From an uncultured Actinomycetes bacterium (GTDB lineage: Bacteria; Chloroflexota; Dormibacteria; Aeolococcales; Aeolococcaceae): DNA of 64,000 nt. The position numbers and the translations under genes are program-made. The number at the start of each line of letters is the position of its first letter. Positions within the stretch are counted from its first letter, which is position 1. Under the pieces are notes generated by a model. It was not told the origin of the DNA. It saw nothing but the letters and a program-made list of their open reading frames with translations, and made no database searches. Location of the stretch: contig CAZUDL010000008.1 of the NCBI GenBank assembly GCA_964618935.1, forward strand, positions 28,870-92,869, written 5' to 3'. Positions 36,946 to 46,972 of the stretch are shown in pieces.

Positions 36946-37082
36946 GCTCGCCATGAAGCAGGGTACCCGGGGCCGGTTCGCGGAAACCCGGTGGGTTCCG
37001 CCACAGGAAGGTAACGGGGGATCGCGCCCCGGGAACCCACCCCCCGCCGTGTCCCCGGCGCGACCGGGCATACTCTGAGCCC

Positions 37083-38003
37083 GTGACCGGAGACGCACCC
37101 CAGGCTGTCATCGAGACGGCCGGGCTCACCAAGCGCTTCGGCCCCGGGGTGCTGGCGGTCGACCGGCTCGATCTCCGCGTCGAGCCGGGGCAGGTCTACG
37201 GCTTCCTGGGGCCGAACGGCGCGGGGAAGACCACCACGCTGCGGATGCTGGTCGGGCTCCTCCGGCCCACGGCCGGTTCGGCGATGGTCGCCGGCCACAC
37301 GCCGGGGGCCCCGGCGGGCCTGGCCCAGATCGGGGTGATGGTCGAGGAGGCGGTCTTCTACCCCTACCTCAGCGGCCGGGACAACCTCCTGGTGGTCGCC
37401 CGCTACTGCCGGCTCAAACCCTCCGCGGTCGAGCCAGCCCTGTCCTGGGTGGGCCTCCAGCCGGCCGCCAAGTTCAAGTTCAAGACCTACTCGACGGGCA
37501 TGAAGCAGCGCCTCGGTCTCGCCGCCGCGCTCATGAAGGACCCCAAGGTCCTCCTCCTCGACGAACCCAGCAACGGCCTCGACCCCGAGGGCATCGTCTG
37601 GCTGCGGCAGCTCCTCCGAGGCTTCGCCGCCAAGGGCGGCACGGCGCTCGTCTCCAGCCACCTGCTGGGCGAGATCGAGCAGATGTGCGACCGGGTGGCC
37701 ATCGTCCAGAGCGGGCGCCTGCTGCGCGAGGGACCGGTGGCGTCCCTGCGTGCCGCCGCCCAGCTCGAGATCACGGCGGCACCCCTCGACGCGGCGGCCC
37801 GCCTGGTGGAGGGATTGCTGGGGGCCGCGGCGGTGCGTGTCGCCGACGGCCGCCTCATCGTGACCTCGGGCACGGATCGGGCGGCGGAGATCAACCGAGC
37901 CCTGGTCGGGGCCGGGATCGAGGTGAGCGAGCTGTATCGCCGCCAGGCCAGCCTCGAGGAGTCCTTCCTCCGGCTCACCGCCGAGGAAGGGGGGCCAGGA
38001 TGA
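37083..38003 (+). CDS. ABC transporter ATP-binding protein (probably leaderless)
   Basis: GPNGAGKTT, YSTGMKQR, LDEPSNGLDP, SSHLL; TACTCT 6 nt before GTG. Confidence 0.92.
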   Translation: MTGDAPQAVIETAGLTKRFGPGVLAVDRLDLRVEPGQVYGFLGPNGAGKTTTLRMLVGLLRPTAGSAMVAGHTPGAPAGLAQIGVMVEEAVFYPYLSGRDNLLVVARYCRLKPSAVEPALSWVGLQPAAKFKFKTYSTGMKQRLGLAAALMKDPKVLLLDEPSNGLDPEGIVWLRQLLRGFAAKGGTALVSSHLLGEIEQMCDRVAIVQSGRLLREGPVASLRAAAQLEITAAPLDAAARLVEGLLGAAAVRVADGRLIVTSGTDRAAEINRALVGAGIEVSELYRRQASLEESFLRLTAEEGGPG

Positions 38004-38854
38004 GCAGCCTCGCCGCGGAGTTCGGCGCCTCCGTGAGGGCCGAGGTGCTGAAGCTGCGCAAGCGCCCCAGCACCTGGATCATCTGCCTGATCGCCTTCCT
38101 CTACGTCGCGCTCCTCGACTACCTCCTCACCTACGTGGTGGTCAAGACCGCGCCCCGCCGGGCCGGGCTCTCCAGGGGAACCCTCCACACCCTGATCAAC
38201 AACCTCTATCCCATCAACTTCGTCCGCTACTCGCTGACCGACGTCGTCGTCATCGGGGCCGCGCTCGCGCTGATCCTCGGCGCCCTCGCCATGAGCAGCG
38301 AATACGACTGGCGCACCCTGCGGAACGCCTTCTCCCAGGGTCCCGGCCGCCTCACGGTGCTCGCCTCCAAGGTCGCCGTCCTGATCCCGCTGACCGGCAT
38401 CCTCAGCCTTCTCTTCCTGGGCGCGGCAGCTCTCTCCAGCCTGGTCGTGGGCTCCCTCGACGGGCATCTGGGCAGCTGGCCGGCGCTCTCCCAGGTGGTC
38501 GGCGGCTTCTTCGCCACCTGGCTGATCCTCAGCGTCTGGCTCCTGCTCGGCCTCTTCCTGGGCGTCCTCCTGCGCCAGACCGCCATGGCGATCGCCGCCG
38601 GTCTCGTCTACGCCATCGTGGTCGAGGGACTGATCCTCAGCCTCTTCGCCTCCAACGGGGTCATCGAGGCGATCAAGAAGATCTTCCCCGGCGCCAACGC
38701 CAAGGCGCTCACCCTGGCCTTCGGCCAGCTCCCCAGCTCGAGCGCCACGCCCCTGGTCGGGGCGGGCCAGGCCGTCGCCGTGCTGTTCGGCTACGTGCTG
38801 GTCTTCATCGGCATCTCCGCCCTCCTGCTGCGACGTCGCGACGTCGTCGGCTGA
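38000..38854 (+). CDS. ABC-2 family permease
   Basis: VRAEVLKLRKR, SEYDWRTLR, LASKV; ATGA overlap with ATPase. Confidence 0.85.
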   Translation: MSSLAAEFGASVRAEVLKLRKRPSTWIICLIAFLYVALLDYLLTYVVVKTAPRRAGLSRGTLHTLINNLYPINFVRYSLTDVVVIGAALALILGALAMSSEYDWRTLRNAFSQGPGRLTVLASKVAVLIPLTGILSLLFLGAAALSSLVVGSLDGHLGSWPALSQVVGGFFATWLILSVWLLLGLFLGVLLRQTAMAIAAGLVYAIVVEGLILSLFASNGVIEAIKKIFPGANAKALTLAFGQLPSSSATPLVGAGQAVAVLFGYVLVFIGISALLLRRRDVVG

Positions 38855-38888
38855 CCGGGCGGCCGGGCCGGGCCGGACGCCCGCGGGC

Positions 38889-39830
38889 TCAGAGCCGGCC
38901 GAGGCGGACCTCGCGCAGCCAGTCGGAGGAGGCGCCGAAGTCCGCGTCGCCCGTCCCCCGCCGGACGGTCGGGGCCTCGCCGTCGGCTCTCGGGTAGGAG
39001 CCGCAGAAGCGGACGTCGTCGCAGACGCGGTGCAGCGCCGCCAGGGCGTCGCCCACCCGCGCCTCGCTGACATGACCCTCGCAGTCCATGGAGAAGCAGT
39101 AGCGACCGAGGCCGTGCCCGGTGGGGCGTGATTCGAGCCGCGTCAGGTTGACGCTCCTCACCGCGAACTCGGTGAGGATCTCCAGCAGGGCTCCGGGGTG
39201 ATCCTCGGCGATGAAGGTGACCACCGTCGTCCGGTCGGCCCCGGTCGGCTCGGGGAGGGGGCCCGGGGCGACGGCGAAGATGAAGCGGGTCACCGCCTCC
39301 GGGTGATCCCCGACGCTCGCGGCCAGCTCGACCAGCCCGTATCGCTCCGCGGCCCCGGGCCCGGAGATGGCGGCGTCGATGCCCCCGGTCCCGGCGGCCA
39401 GGTTGGCCGCCGCCTCGGCGGTGGAGGCGGCGGGGAGGATCGCCGCCTCCGGCAGGTTGGCCCGCAGCCAGTGCCGGCTCTGGGCCGTGGCATGGGGGTG
39501 GGAGGCGACGGCGCGGACGCCGCCCAGCCCGGTGCCCGGCCGCACCAGGAGGGCGAGGCGCACCGGCACCAGCACCTCGCGGGCGATGTGGAGCGGGCTG
39601 CCCCCCACCAGCTCGTCGAGGGTGTTGCCCACCGCCCCCTCCACCGAGTTCTCGAAGGGCACCATGGCTCCGCGCACCGACCCGTCCCGGACGGCGGCCA
39701 GGGCGTCGGCCACGGTGTCCATGGGGACCAGGTCCGCCTCCTCGTGACCCGCGACGCTGCGCAGGGCCGTCTCGGCGAAGGTGCCCTCGGGCCCGAGGTA
39801 GGCGTGGCGTGGTCTGGGGGTGGTGCTCAT
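38889..39830 (-). CDS. pheA: Prephenate dehydratase
   Basis: AYLGPEGTF, VPFENSVEG, SHPHATAQS, TRFIF, NLTRLESRP (ACT); AGGAG before ATG 39830. Confidence 0.95.
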   Translation of the reverse strand: MSTTPRPRHAYLGPEGTFAETALRSVAGHEEADLVPMDTVADALAAVRDGSVRGAMVPFENSVEGAVGNTLDELVGGSPLHIAREVLVPVRLALLVRPGTGLGGVRAVASHPHATAQSRHWLRANLPEAAILPAASTAEAAANLAAGTGGIDAAISGPGAAERYGLVELAASVGDHPEAVTRFIFAVAPGPLPEPTGADRTTVVTFIAEDHPGALLEILTEFAVRSVNLTRLESRPTGHGLGRYCFSMDCEGHVSEARVGDALAALHRVCDDVRFCGSYPRADGEAPTVRRGTGDADFGASSDWLREVRLGRL

Positions 39831-39918
39831 GTCGCTCCTGGCAACCGCAGGGCACGCATGGTACGCGCCGGGCCGCGGGTCACCGCCCCCCGGCGCCATG
39901 TCCTAAGCTGGACTCCCG

Positions 39919-40611
39919 ATGTCCCAGACCGACCTGGAACCGCTTCCCGACTCCGGCTCGGACGCGCCCGGCAGCCTCGCCGAGCGGATCCAGGGCATCC
40001 GCGACCTGGTGCTGCAGATGGGAGACGAGGTCGATCGCGCCATCGTCCGCTGCACCCGGGGTCTCACGGCACGGGATGTGGACCTGTGCGCCGCCGTCGT
40101 CAGGGACGACGCGCAGGTCAATGCCATGCTGGTGACCGCGCGTGAGCTGAGCATCCCCGTCCTCGCCCGCGCCTCGGCGCCGGCCGACCTGCGCGAGGCC
40201 ATGGGGCTGCTGCACACGGCCAGCGAGCTGGAGCGCATCGCCGACCACTGCGCCAACATCGCGCGCATCGGCCGCGACCTGGCCGACCTTCCGCCGTTCG
40301 GTCACCACGTCGACATCGCCCGGCTGTCCGAGGTGTGCAGCGAGCAGCTGCGCGACATCCTCGGCGCGGTGATCGCCCGCGACGTGGACCGCGCCCGTGC
40401 CGTCGCCGCGCGCGACGACCGTGTCAACCGGATCTATCATCGGGTCGTCGACGAGTTGATCCAGCTGATGACCGAGGACGGCGACCTCGTCTACCGCGGC
40501 ACCAGGCTGATCATGGCGGGGCAGAACTTCGAGCGCATCGGCGACCGTGTCACCAACCTCGCCGAGGACCTCCTGTACCGCGAGACCGGGGAGATCGTCG
40601 ACCTCGGCTGA
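39919..40611 (+). CDS. phoU: Phosphate signalling protein PhoU
   Basis: Two repeats ending ELERIADHCANI and FERIGDRVTNLAE; convergent with pst operon. Confidence 0.9.
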   Translation: MSQTDLEPLPDSGSDAPGSLAERIQGIRDLVLQMGDEVDRAIVRCTRGLTARDVDLCAAVVRDDAQVNAMLVTARELSIPVLARASAPADLREAMGLLHTASELERIADHCANIARIGRDLADLPPFGHHVDIARLSEVCSEQLRDILGAVIARDVDRARAVAARDDRVNRIYHRVVDELIQLMTEDGDLVYRGTRLIMAGQNFERIGDRVTNLAEDLLYRETGEIVDLG

Positions 40612-40654
40612 GCAGCGTGCGGCGGAGGCCCACTCCGCTCGCCACAACCCCGCG

Positions 40655-41512
40655 TCAGACGTCGAGGCGCGCCACCATCCGCCGCGAGCGCGCCGTGATG
40701 AGCCGGCCGCCGAGGATGAGGAAGAGGATGAGCAGGATGGTCACCGCGGCCGAGGCGCTGGCCAGCGCCTGAGCCCCCGCGCTGGGCAGCGAGACGTCGG
40801 TGTAGGTGACGTAGGTGAGGTAGCCCACCGGGTTCATGGGCCCGCTGGGGTTGGCGTCGGTGAAGCCGGCGGTGAAGAGGAGCGGAGCCGTCTCGCCGGT
40901 GGAGATGGCCAGTGCCAGCACCAGCCCCGAGACGATGCCCGGCAGGGCGGGCGGGAGCAGCACCTTGCGGATGGTGGTGAGCCGTGTCAGCCCCACCGCC
41001 ATCGCCGCCTCCCGCAGGCTCCGCGGCACCTGGGCGAAGGAGACCTCGGTGATCTTGATGATGTACGGGATGATGAGGACGGAGAGCGCGAGGATGCCCC
41101 CCAGCAGTGAGAAACCCCAGTGGAGTCTCACGACCAGGGTCAGGTAGCCGACGTAGCCGATGACGATCGACGGCACGCCGGCGAGCACCTCGGAGAAGAA
41201 GCGGAGCACCCCGCCGAATCGCTTGGGCGCGAACTCCGCGATGTACAGGCCGCTGAGGATGCCGATGGGTCCGGCGACGATCAGCACGCCGATGCCGAGC
41301 GTCAGGGTGCCGATGATGGCGTTCTGCAGGCCCAGCGCTCCCGAGCGCGTGGTCGTGGTCAGCAGGGTCACCCGGAGGACCGGGATGGCCTTGGCGACGA
41401 CGCCGATGATGATGGCGGCCGACGGCAGGACCACGATGACCAGGGCGATGCCGCAGAGCACCCAGAAGATGATGCCGCGCGCGTGCCGGGCGGGGTGGCG
41501 CTTAGATTCCAC
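40655..41512 (-). CDS. pstA: Phosphate ABC permease PstA
   Basis: NAIIGT, LAGVPSIVIG, VPRSLREAAMAVG, TGETAPL. Confidence 0.92.
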   Translation of the reverse strand: MESKRHPARHARGIIFWVLCGIALVIVVLPSAAIIIGVVAKAIPVLRVTLLTTTTRSGALGLQNAIIGTLTLGIGVLIVAGPIGILSGLYIAEFAPKRFGGVLRFFSEVLAGVPSIVIGYVGYLTLVVRLHWGFSLLGGILALSVLIIPYIIKITEVSFAQVPRSLREAAMAVGLTRLTTIRKVLLPPALPGIVSGLVLALAISTGETAPLLFTAGFTDANPSGPMNPVGYLTYVTYTDVSLPSAGAQALASASAAVTILLILFLILGGRLITARSRRMVARLDV

Positions 41513-42563
41513 GGCCGACCGGGAGGGCGTCGGTGCTGACGCGGCGGACGATGAGACGGCCGGCGAGGTTGGTCGCCAGGCTGATGACGAGGAGCAGCAC
41601 ACCGAGCTCCGCCAGCGCGCTGAGCGCCATGTGCGTGTAATCGGTGAAGGCGCTGTCGAGCGTCGAGGCGATGGTGGCGGCGATGGTGGACGTGGAGGCG
41701 AAGATGGAGTGCGGCAGCAGGGTCAGGTCGCCGACGATGAGCAGGACGGCGATGGTCTCGCCCAGTGCACGTCCCCAGCCGAGCAGGGTGGCGGCGATGA
41801 TGCCGCTGCGGATGTAGGGGATGGTCACGACGCGGACCGTCTCGTAGCGGGTCATGCCCAGGGCCAGAGCCCCCTCCTTGGCCAGCACGGGGACCCGTTT
41901 CACAAGCTCGCGCGTCGTCGAGGCGACGATGGGGATCACCATCAGCGCGAGGACGAGCGAGGCGGTGAGCAGCCCCTCGCCGAAGCCGACGGGGCCCTTC
42001 AGGAAGGGGATGAACCGGCCCAGGTGGCTGATCGTCGGGTAGATGTGGGCGGCGGCGAAGGGGCCGAAGATGGTGATGCCCCACAGCCCGAAGACGACGC
42101 TGGGGATGCCCGCCAGCAGGTCGACGAAGGTGGAGAGGAATCCCTGGAGGCGTTCCGGGATCCACTCGGAGAGCATGAGCACGCCACCCACCGAGATGGG
42201 CACCGCCAGGCAGATGGCGATCACCGACGTGGCCAGGGTGCCGACGATGAAGACCAGCGCCCCATACGAGGCGTCCTGCGGCGCCGAGACGCCGTTGTGC
42301 GTGGTCAGGGTGGTGGCGTAGAGGTGCCCGATGGAGAAGGTGGTGCTGGTGAAGAAGGTTAGCCCGCTGTAGATGATGGCGGGGATGGCCTGCACCACCA
42401 TGATCACGATGATCAGCGCCAGCGCCGCCACCGGGATGACCGCCGCCACGCCGGCCAGCCACTGGAAGACCTTGTCGCCGGCGCTGAACTCAGTGTTCCG
42501 AGCCCGGGAGGCCCGGGCCGGGCCGGTGGGCGATCCACCGGCCCGGCGACGGACAAGGATCAT
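41502..42563 (-). CDS. pstC: Phosphate ABC permease PstC
   Basis: LAGIPSVVFGLWG, EGALALGMTR, GRALGETIAV. Confidence 0.93.
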   Translation of the reverse strand: MILVRRRAGGSPTGPARASRARNTEFSAGDKVFQWLAGVAAVIPVAALALIIVIMVVQAIPAIIYSGLTFFTSTTFSIGHLYATTLTTHNGVSAPQDASYGALVFIVGTLATSVIAICLAVPISVGGVLMLSEWIPERLQGFLSTFVDLLAGIPSVVFGLWGITIFGPFAAAHIYPTISHLGRFIPFLKGPVGFGEGLLTASLVLALMVIPIVASTTRELVKRVPVLAKEGALALGMTRYETVRVVTIPYIRSGIIAATLLGWGRALGETIAVLLIVGDLTLLPHSIFASTSTIAATIASTLDSAFTDYTHMALSALAELGVLLLVISLATNLAGRLIVRRVSTDALPVGRGI

Positions 42564-42570
42564 GCGAGCG

Positions 42571-43698
42571 TCAGGGGACGTAGATCGAGTCGATCGCGGC
42601 CGTGACGTTGGGGATCACGCTGGTGGGCAGCGCGACGAAGTTCTCCTTGGTCAGGTTGGCCGCGGTCGCGCCCCCGGTGGGGCTGATCGCCCAGGTGAGG
42701 AAGGTGCGGATGGCGAGAGCCGTCGGCAGCGCCGACTGGCCCTTGTGCAGCACCAGGTACTCGAAGTTGACGATGGGGTAGGAATCCGCGCCGGTCTCGT
42801 AGATGAGGGACTGACGGAGATCCTTGGGGACGTTGGTGGCGCCGGCGGCGACCGCCGCGTTGATGTCGTCAGCGGTGGGCAGCACGAAGTTGCCGGCCTG
42901 GTTCTCCAGGTTGACCTCTCCGAGGCCGTCAGTGATGGCCGTCGCCTCGACGCTGATGCCGATGTAGGCGATGCAGCCCGGTGTGCTCTGGCAGGTCGTC
43001 ACCATGGCCGGGTTGCCGCTGGCGGTCTGCTCGTTGCTCACGGAGGGCCAGGTGACCGTCGTGCCGAAGCTGGGGCCGCTCGACCAGGCGGCGTTGGTGG
43101 CGCTGAGGAACGAGGTGAAGATGAAGGTGTCACCCGACGAGTCGATGCGCCGCACCGGGACGATGGTCGTCGAGGGGAGCGTGACCCCGGGGTTGAGGGC
43201 GGCGATCGCCGAGTCGTTCCACTTGGTGATGCTGCCCTGGTAGATCTCGGCGATGACGTTGCCGCTCAGCTTGAGGTTGCTGACGCCGGGCAGGTTGTAG
43301 TTGATGGCCTGCGCGGACACGGCGATGGGGATGTTGAGGATGCCGGGGTACTCGGCCTCGGCGCCGTTGCTCAGGTAGGCGTCGGAGCCCCCCATGTTGA
43401 CGGCGCCCGTCTCGGCGTCACTCTGCCCCTTGCCCGAACCGCCGGCGGCCGGGCTGAGAGTGATGTTGGGGTAGGCGGTGTTGAGCGGCGTCTCCAGCTC
43501 CTCGAGGTAGGGGTAGAGGAGGCTCGATCCGTCCTCGGTGAGGGTCACCGGGCTGGTCGGATTGCCGGTGGCCACGGGTGTGGGTGTCGTGGTGGCGGTG
43601 GCGGCGGTGGTGCTGGAGTTGGATGCGCCACACGCGCTGACCAGCAGCGCAGCCACAACCGCCGCCGTACTGACAGCCGTGATCCGTCGAACGTTCAT
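42571..43698 (-). CDS. pstS: Phosphate-binding lipoprotein PstS
   Basis: Lipobox VSAC; DGSSLLYP, GGSGKG, GGSD, RIDSSGDT, YPIVNFEY; GGAGG RBS. Confidence 0.93.
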   Translation of the reverse strand: MNVRRITAVSTAAVVAALLVSACGASNSSTTAATATTTPTPVATGNPTSPVTLTEDGSSLLYPYLEELETPLNTAYPNITLSPAAGGSGKGQSDAETGAVNMGGSDAYLSNGAEAEYPGILNIPIAVSAQAINYNLPGVSNLKLSGNVIAEIYQGSITKWNDSAIAALNPGVTLPSTTIVPVRRIDSSGDTFIFTSFLSATNAAWSSGPSFGTTVTWPSVSNEQTASGNPAMVTTCQSTPGCIAYIGISVEATAITDGLGEVNLENQAGNFVLPTADDINAAVAAGATNVPKDLRQSLIYETGADSYPIVNFEYLVLHKGQSALPTALAIRTFLTWAISPTGGATAANLTKENFVALPTSVIPNVTAAIDSIYVP

Positions 43699-43756
43699 GA
43701 ACCTCCCCTTCAGATGGTGGGCGTTGAGACGGCAGATGAGGGCACGCCGCGCGTGC

Positions 43757-44554
43757 TCATCCGATCCGACCGCTGACGTAGGCCCGGCTCTTCTCATTGG
43801 CCGGGTCGTGGAAGAACGTCCTCGCCGACGTCGCCTCGACGACCTCTCCCGCGGTGAGGAAGACGACGTCGTCGCTGATGCGATTCGCCTGGGCGAGGTT
43901 GTGGGTGACGATGAGGACGGTGATCCGCTCCGAGATCCGCTTGATCAGCTCCTCGATGCGCTCCGTGCTGTCCGGGTCGAGCGCCGAGGTGGGCTCGTCG
44001 AGGAGGAGCACGCTGGGCGACAGTGCCAGGGCCCGGGCCAGGCAGAGCAGCTGCTGCTGGCCTCCCGACAGGCCGAAGGGCGAGGCATGAAGCCGGGCGG
44101 ACACGGCCGCCCACAGGCCCACCTCGGTGAGGCGCTCCTCGATCAGCTCCTGCACGCCGCGCCGGTTGACCATGCCGTGGGCACGCGGTGCCAGGCCGAC
44201 GTTCTCGCCGATGCTGCGCGGGAACGGGTTGGCGCGCTGGAAGAGCATGCCCACCCGCCGCCGGACCTCCCGGACGTTGACGTCCGGGCCGTAGATGTCG
44301 ACCCCCTCGACGACGACGGACCCCTTGACCCGCATGCCCTGGGTCTGATCGTGCATCCGGTTGATGGAGCGAAGCAGGGTGGTCTTGCCGCAGCCCGTGG
44401 GGCCGACGATGGCGGTGACCCGGTTGGGGCGGAACGTCGTGGTGATGCCCGAGAGGAGCGCCTTGTCGCCGAAGCGCACCGAGAGGTCGCGAACCTCCAC
44501 GCCCTCGGACACCTCCTCCCCCGCCGTGGAGAAGGCCACGTTGGTTAGCTCCAT
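43757..44554 (-). CDS. pstB: Phosphate ABC ATPase PstB
   Basis: GPTGCGKTT, FQRANPFP, LSGGQQQ, DEPTSALDP, VTHNLAQA; start uncertain. Confidence 0.92.
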   Translation of the reverse strand: MELTNVAFSTAGEEVSEGVEVRDLSVRFGDKALLSGITTTFRPNRVTAIVGPTGCGKTTLLRSINRMHDQTQGMRVKGSVVVEGVDIYGPDVNVREVRRRVGMLFQRANPFPRSIGENVGLAPRAHGMVNRRGVQELIEERLTEVGLWAAVSARLHASPFGLSGGQQQLLCLARALALSPSVLLLDEPTSALDPDSTERIEELIKRISERITVLIVTHNLAQANRISDDVVFLTAGEVVEATSARTFFHDPANEKSRAYVSGRIG

Positions 44555-44603
44555 GGACCTGGTGACCACGGGTCGAGCGTAGGGGCCGCCGTTTTGTGGG
44601 CGG

Positions 44604-44636
44604 GTTGCCCAAAGGTTAACAACTCGCTAACTCGCC
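44604..44636. promoter_or_regulatory. Pho-box-like array of three direct repeats at 11-nt period
   Basis: GTTGCC (44604), GTTAAC (44615), GCTAAC (44626), directly upstream of pstB. Confidence 0.6.
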
Positions 44637-44703
44637 CCCTGACAGCACGTCCGTTCGCCACCGCGCCGGCCGCCGCAGGCTCGGGAGCGGCCCGGCGGAC
44701 CGC

Positions 44704-46434
44704 TCAGGCCGGGGGCGGGGAGGGGTCGGCGCTGGCCGCGGCGATCGCCTCGCGGACGCCGTGGTGGATGTGGTCGGCGGCGACCAGGCCGAGGATGCCG
44801 TAGCGCTCGAGGACGTCCTGGATGTCCTCGACGTGGGCGAGGTGGACGGCGATGGCGCCGTGCCCGAGGTTGCGCAGGAGCGTCAGCAGCATCTGTCCGG
44901 CGGTGTAGTCGATGTCGGCGATGGCCGAGAAGTCGAACGCCATCCAGGTGACCCGGTGGGGGGCCGCCTCCACCAGGCTGAGGACGCGGCCGCGGAAGTG
45001 TTCGGCGTTGGCGAAGAAGAGGGTGCTGTCGAAGCGGTAGGCGACGCCGCCCGGCATGGTCTCGAGGCCGGGCCGGGCCCGATGAGGGACGAGCTGGCCC
45101 TCGGGGTCGGCGGCGGCCACGATCACCGTGTCGCGCGGCCGGTAGGCGCGGCGCACGAAGTCGAGGACGGAGAGGCCGACGGCAAGGATGATGCCGGCCT
45201 CCACGCCGACGAGCACGACCATCAGGCCGGTGGCGACGGCGAGGGCGAACTCGTCGCGCCGCAGATGCCAGAGTTCGACGAGGTGGCGGCGGTCGATGAG
45301 GTGGACGCCGATGACGAAGACCACGGCGGCCAGGGTCGCCTCGGGCAGGAAGTGGAGGAGGCCGGTGGCGACGACCAGCACGGCGATGGTGATGGCGCCC
45401 GCGACGAGCTGCGAGAGCTGGGTGCGCTGCCCGGCGGCATCGACGACCGCCGTCTTCGTCGGGCTGCCGTTGACGCAGAAGGTGCCGGTCAGCCCGGCCA
45501 CGAGGTTGGCCCCGGCCAGCCCCACCAGATCGCGGTTCTCGTTGAGGTCCTCGCCGTGCTTCTGCGCGAAGCTGCGGGCCGTCGCCGCGCTCTGGGCGAG
45601 GACGACGACGAAGATCGACGCCGCGACGCCGGCCAGGCCGGGAACCTGCTGCCAGGAGACCTTGGGGAAGGTCACCGGCGGGAGCCCGCCAGGCACCGCG
45701 CCGATGATGGCGACGCCATGCCGGTCCAGGCGCAGCACCGCCGTCAGCACGATCGAAGCGGCGACGACGAGGAGGGCGCCCGGGACGCGTTTGGCGAAGG
45801 CCTCGATCAGCAGCAGCGCGGCCACTCCGGCGATGGCGAGGAGGGCGGCGGGGACGACGATCTGACCGGCGTGCTGCGCCAGCGTGGTGAGCTGGGCGAT
45901 GAGGCTGCCGCTGGCGTGGATGCCCAGCATCCCCGGCAGCTGGGTGAGGGCGACCTGGATGCCGACGCCGCTGAGGAAGCCGATGAGGGCGGTGCGCGAC
46001 AGGAAGTCGGCGAGGAAACCGAGGCGCAGCAGCCGCGCCACCAGCAGGTATCCCGCCGCCAGCAGGGCGACGACACCGGCGAGGGCGACGTACTCCTTGC
46101 TCGCCGGCTTGGCCATGGTGACCAGGGCCGCGAACATGATGGCGGCGGTCGCCGAATCGGCGCCGACGACGAGGTGGCGCGATGAGCCGAGGAGGGCGAA
46201 GACGATCGCCGGCACGGCCAGGGTGTAGATGCCGGTGATCACCGGCATGCCCGCGATCTTGGTGTAGCCCATCGACTCGGGAATGGCCACGGCGGCCAGG
46301 GTGGCGCCGGCGATGACGTCGGCGAGGAGGGTGGCACGGCTCGAGCCGTTCAGCCCCTGCGCCAGGCCGAGGATGCGGTCGGGCATGGATCGATGCACGG
46401 GGGGCGGCGGCGTGTTCCTCACGACGGCGCCCAC
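44704..46434 (-). CDS. SulP/SLC26 anion transporter with STAS domain
   Basis: GATLAAVAIPESMGY, GSSRHLVVG, NRDLVGLAGAN, NGSPTKT, RFDSTLFFANA; start uncertain (46434-46386). Confidence 0.93.
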   Translation of the reverse strand: MGAVVRNTPPPPVHRSMPDRILGLAQGLNGSSRATLLADVIAGATLAAVAIPESMGYTKIAGMPVITGIYTLAVPAIVFALLGSSRHLVVGADSATAAIMFAALVTMAKPASKEYVALAGVVALLAAGYLLVARLLRLGFLADFLSRTALIGFLSGVGIQVALTQLPGMLGIHASGSLIAQLTTLAQHAGQIVVPAALLAIAGVAALLLIEAFAKRVPGALLVVAASIVLTAVLRLDRHGVAIIGAVPGGLPPVTFPKVSWQQVPGLAGVAASIFVVVLAQSAATARSFAQKHGEDLNENRDLVGLAGANLVAGLTGTFCVNGSPTKTAVVDAAGQRTQLSQLVAGAITIAVLVVATGLLHFLPEATLAAVVFVIGVHLIDRRHLVELWHLRRDEFALAVATGLMVVLVGVEAGIILAVGLSVLDFVRRAYRPRDTVIVAAADPEGQLVPHRARPGLETMPGGVAYRFDSTLFFANAEHFRGRVLSLVEAAPHRVTWMAFDFSAIADIDYTAGQMLLTLLRNLGHGAIAVHLAHVEDIQDVLERYGILGLVAADHIHHGVREAIAAASADPSPPPA

Positions 46435-46506
46435 TCTATCCTCGAACCCGGCCGGACGGGTGCAGACGCATCGCCCGCACGGGCGGCGCCGCGCGGGCCA
46501 TCCCTA

Positions 46507-46878
46507 TCAGACGAGGCGGCAGGGGACGTCGGCGTCCTCGTCGAGGTGGTAGCTGGCGCAGACACGGTGGTAGCCGTCGGCGATGGTCAGCGGCAGGTCC
46601 TTGTCCAGGTGACCTCGCACCAGCAGCACCGGGGAGAGCAGCGACCCGTTCTCGACCTTGCCCAGGTCCTTCTTGACGTGGGCGTTGTCCGCGGGGAGCA
46701 GGGGAAGGCCGCTGGCTCGGAGCAGATCCTTGGCCTTGCGGTGGGTGAGGGGCGCGGCCCGAAGTTTCGTCACCAGGTCGCGAGCGGCGCTCTCGTCGGT
46801 GACCAGGCTGAGGTAGTCGGTCGCGGCGGGGAAATCGTGGTCGTCCGGGGTGCTCTTCCAGTGTTCCTTCGCGGTCAT
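46507..46878 (-). CDS. 123-aa stand-alone ParB/sulfiredoxin-like domain protein
   Basis: LSPVLLVRG...IADGYHRVCA (PxxV...DGxHR); GGGGAG RBS. Confidence 0.6.
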   Translation of the reverse strand: MTAKEHWKSTPDDHDFPAATDYLSLVTDESAARDLVTKLRAAPLTHRKAKDLLRASGLPLLPADNAHVKKDLGKVENGSLLSPVLLVRGHLDKDLPLTIADGYHRVCASYHLDEDADVPCRLV

Positions 46879-46972
46879 GCGGTGGCTCCCCTGCGGGCTG
46901 GGCCGGCTCCTGCAAGCCGGATCTGCCACCGAATGGTAGGCATTCCCGCTCTCGGGCGCCGGTGCGCGCCGG

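Noticed and set aside
36975-37045. Alternative hairpins (GTGGGTTCC/GGAACCCAC) between the TasA-like gene and the ABC ATPase as a c-di-GMP or c-di-AMP riboswitch
   Set aside because: No consensus nucleotides of those riboswitch classes were recognisable
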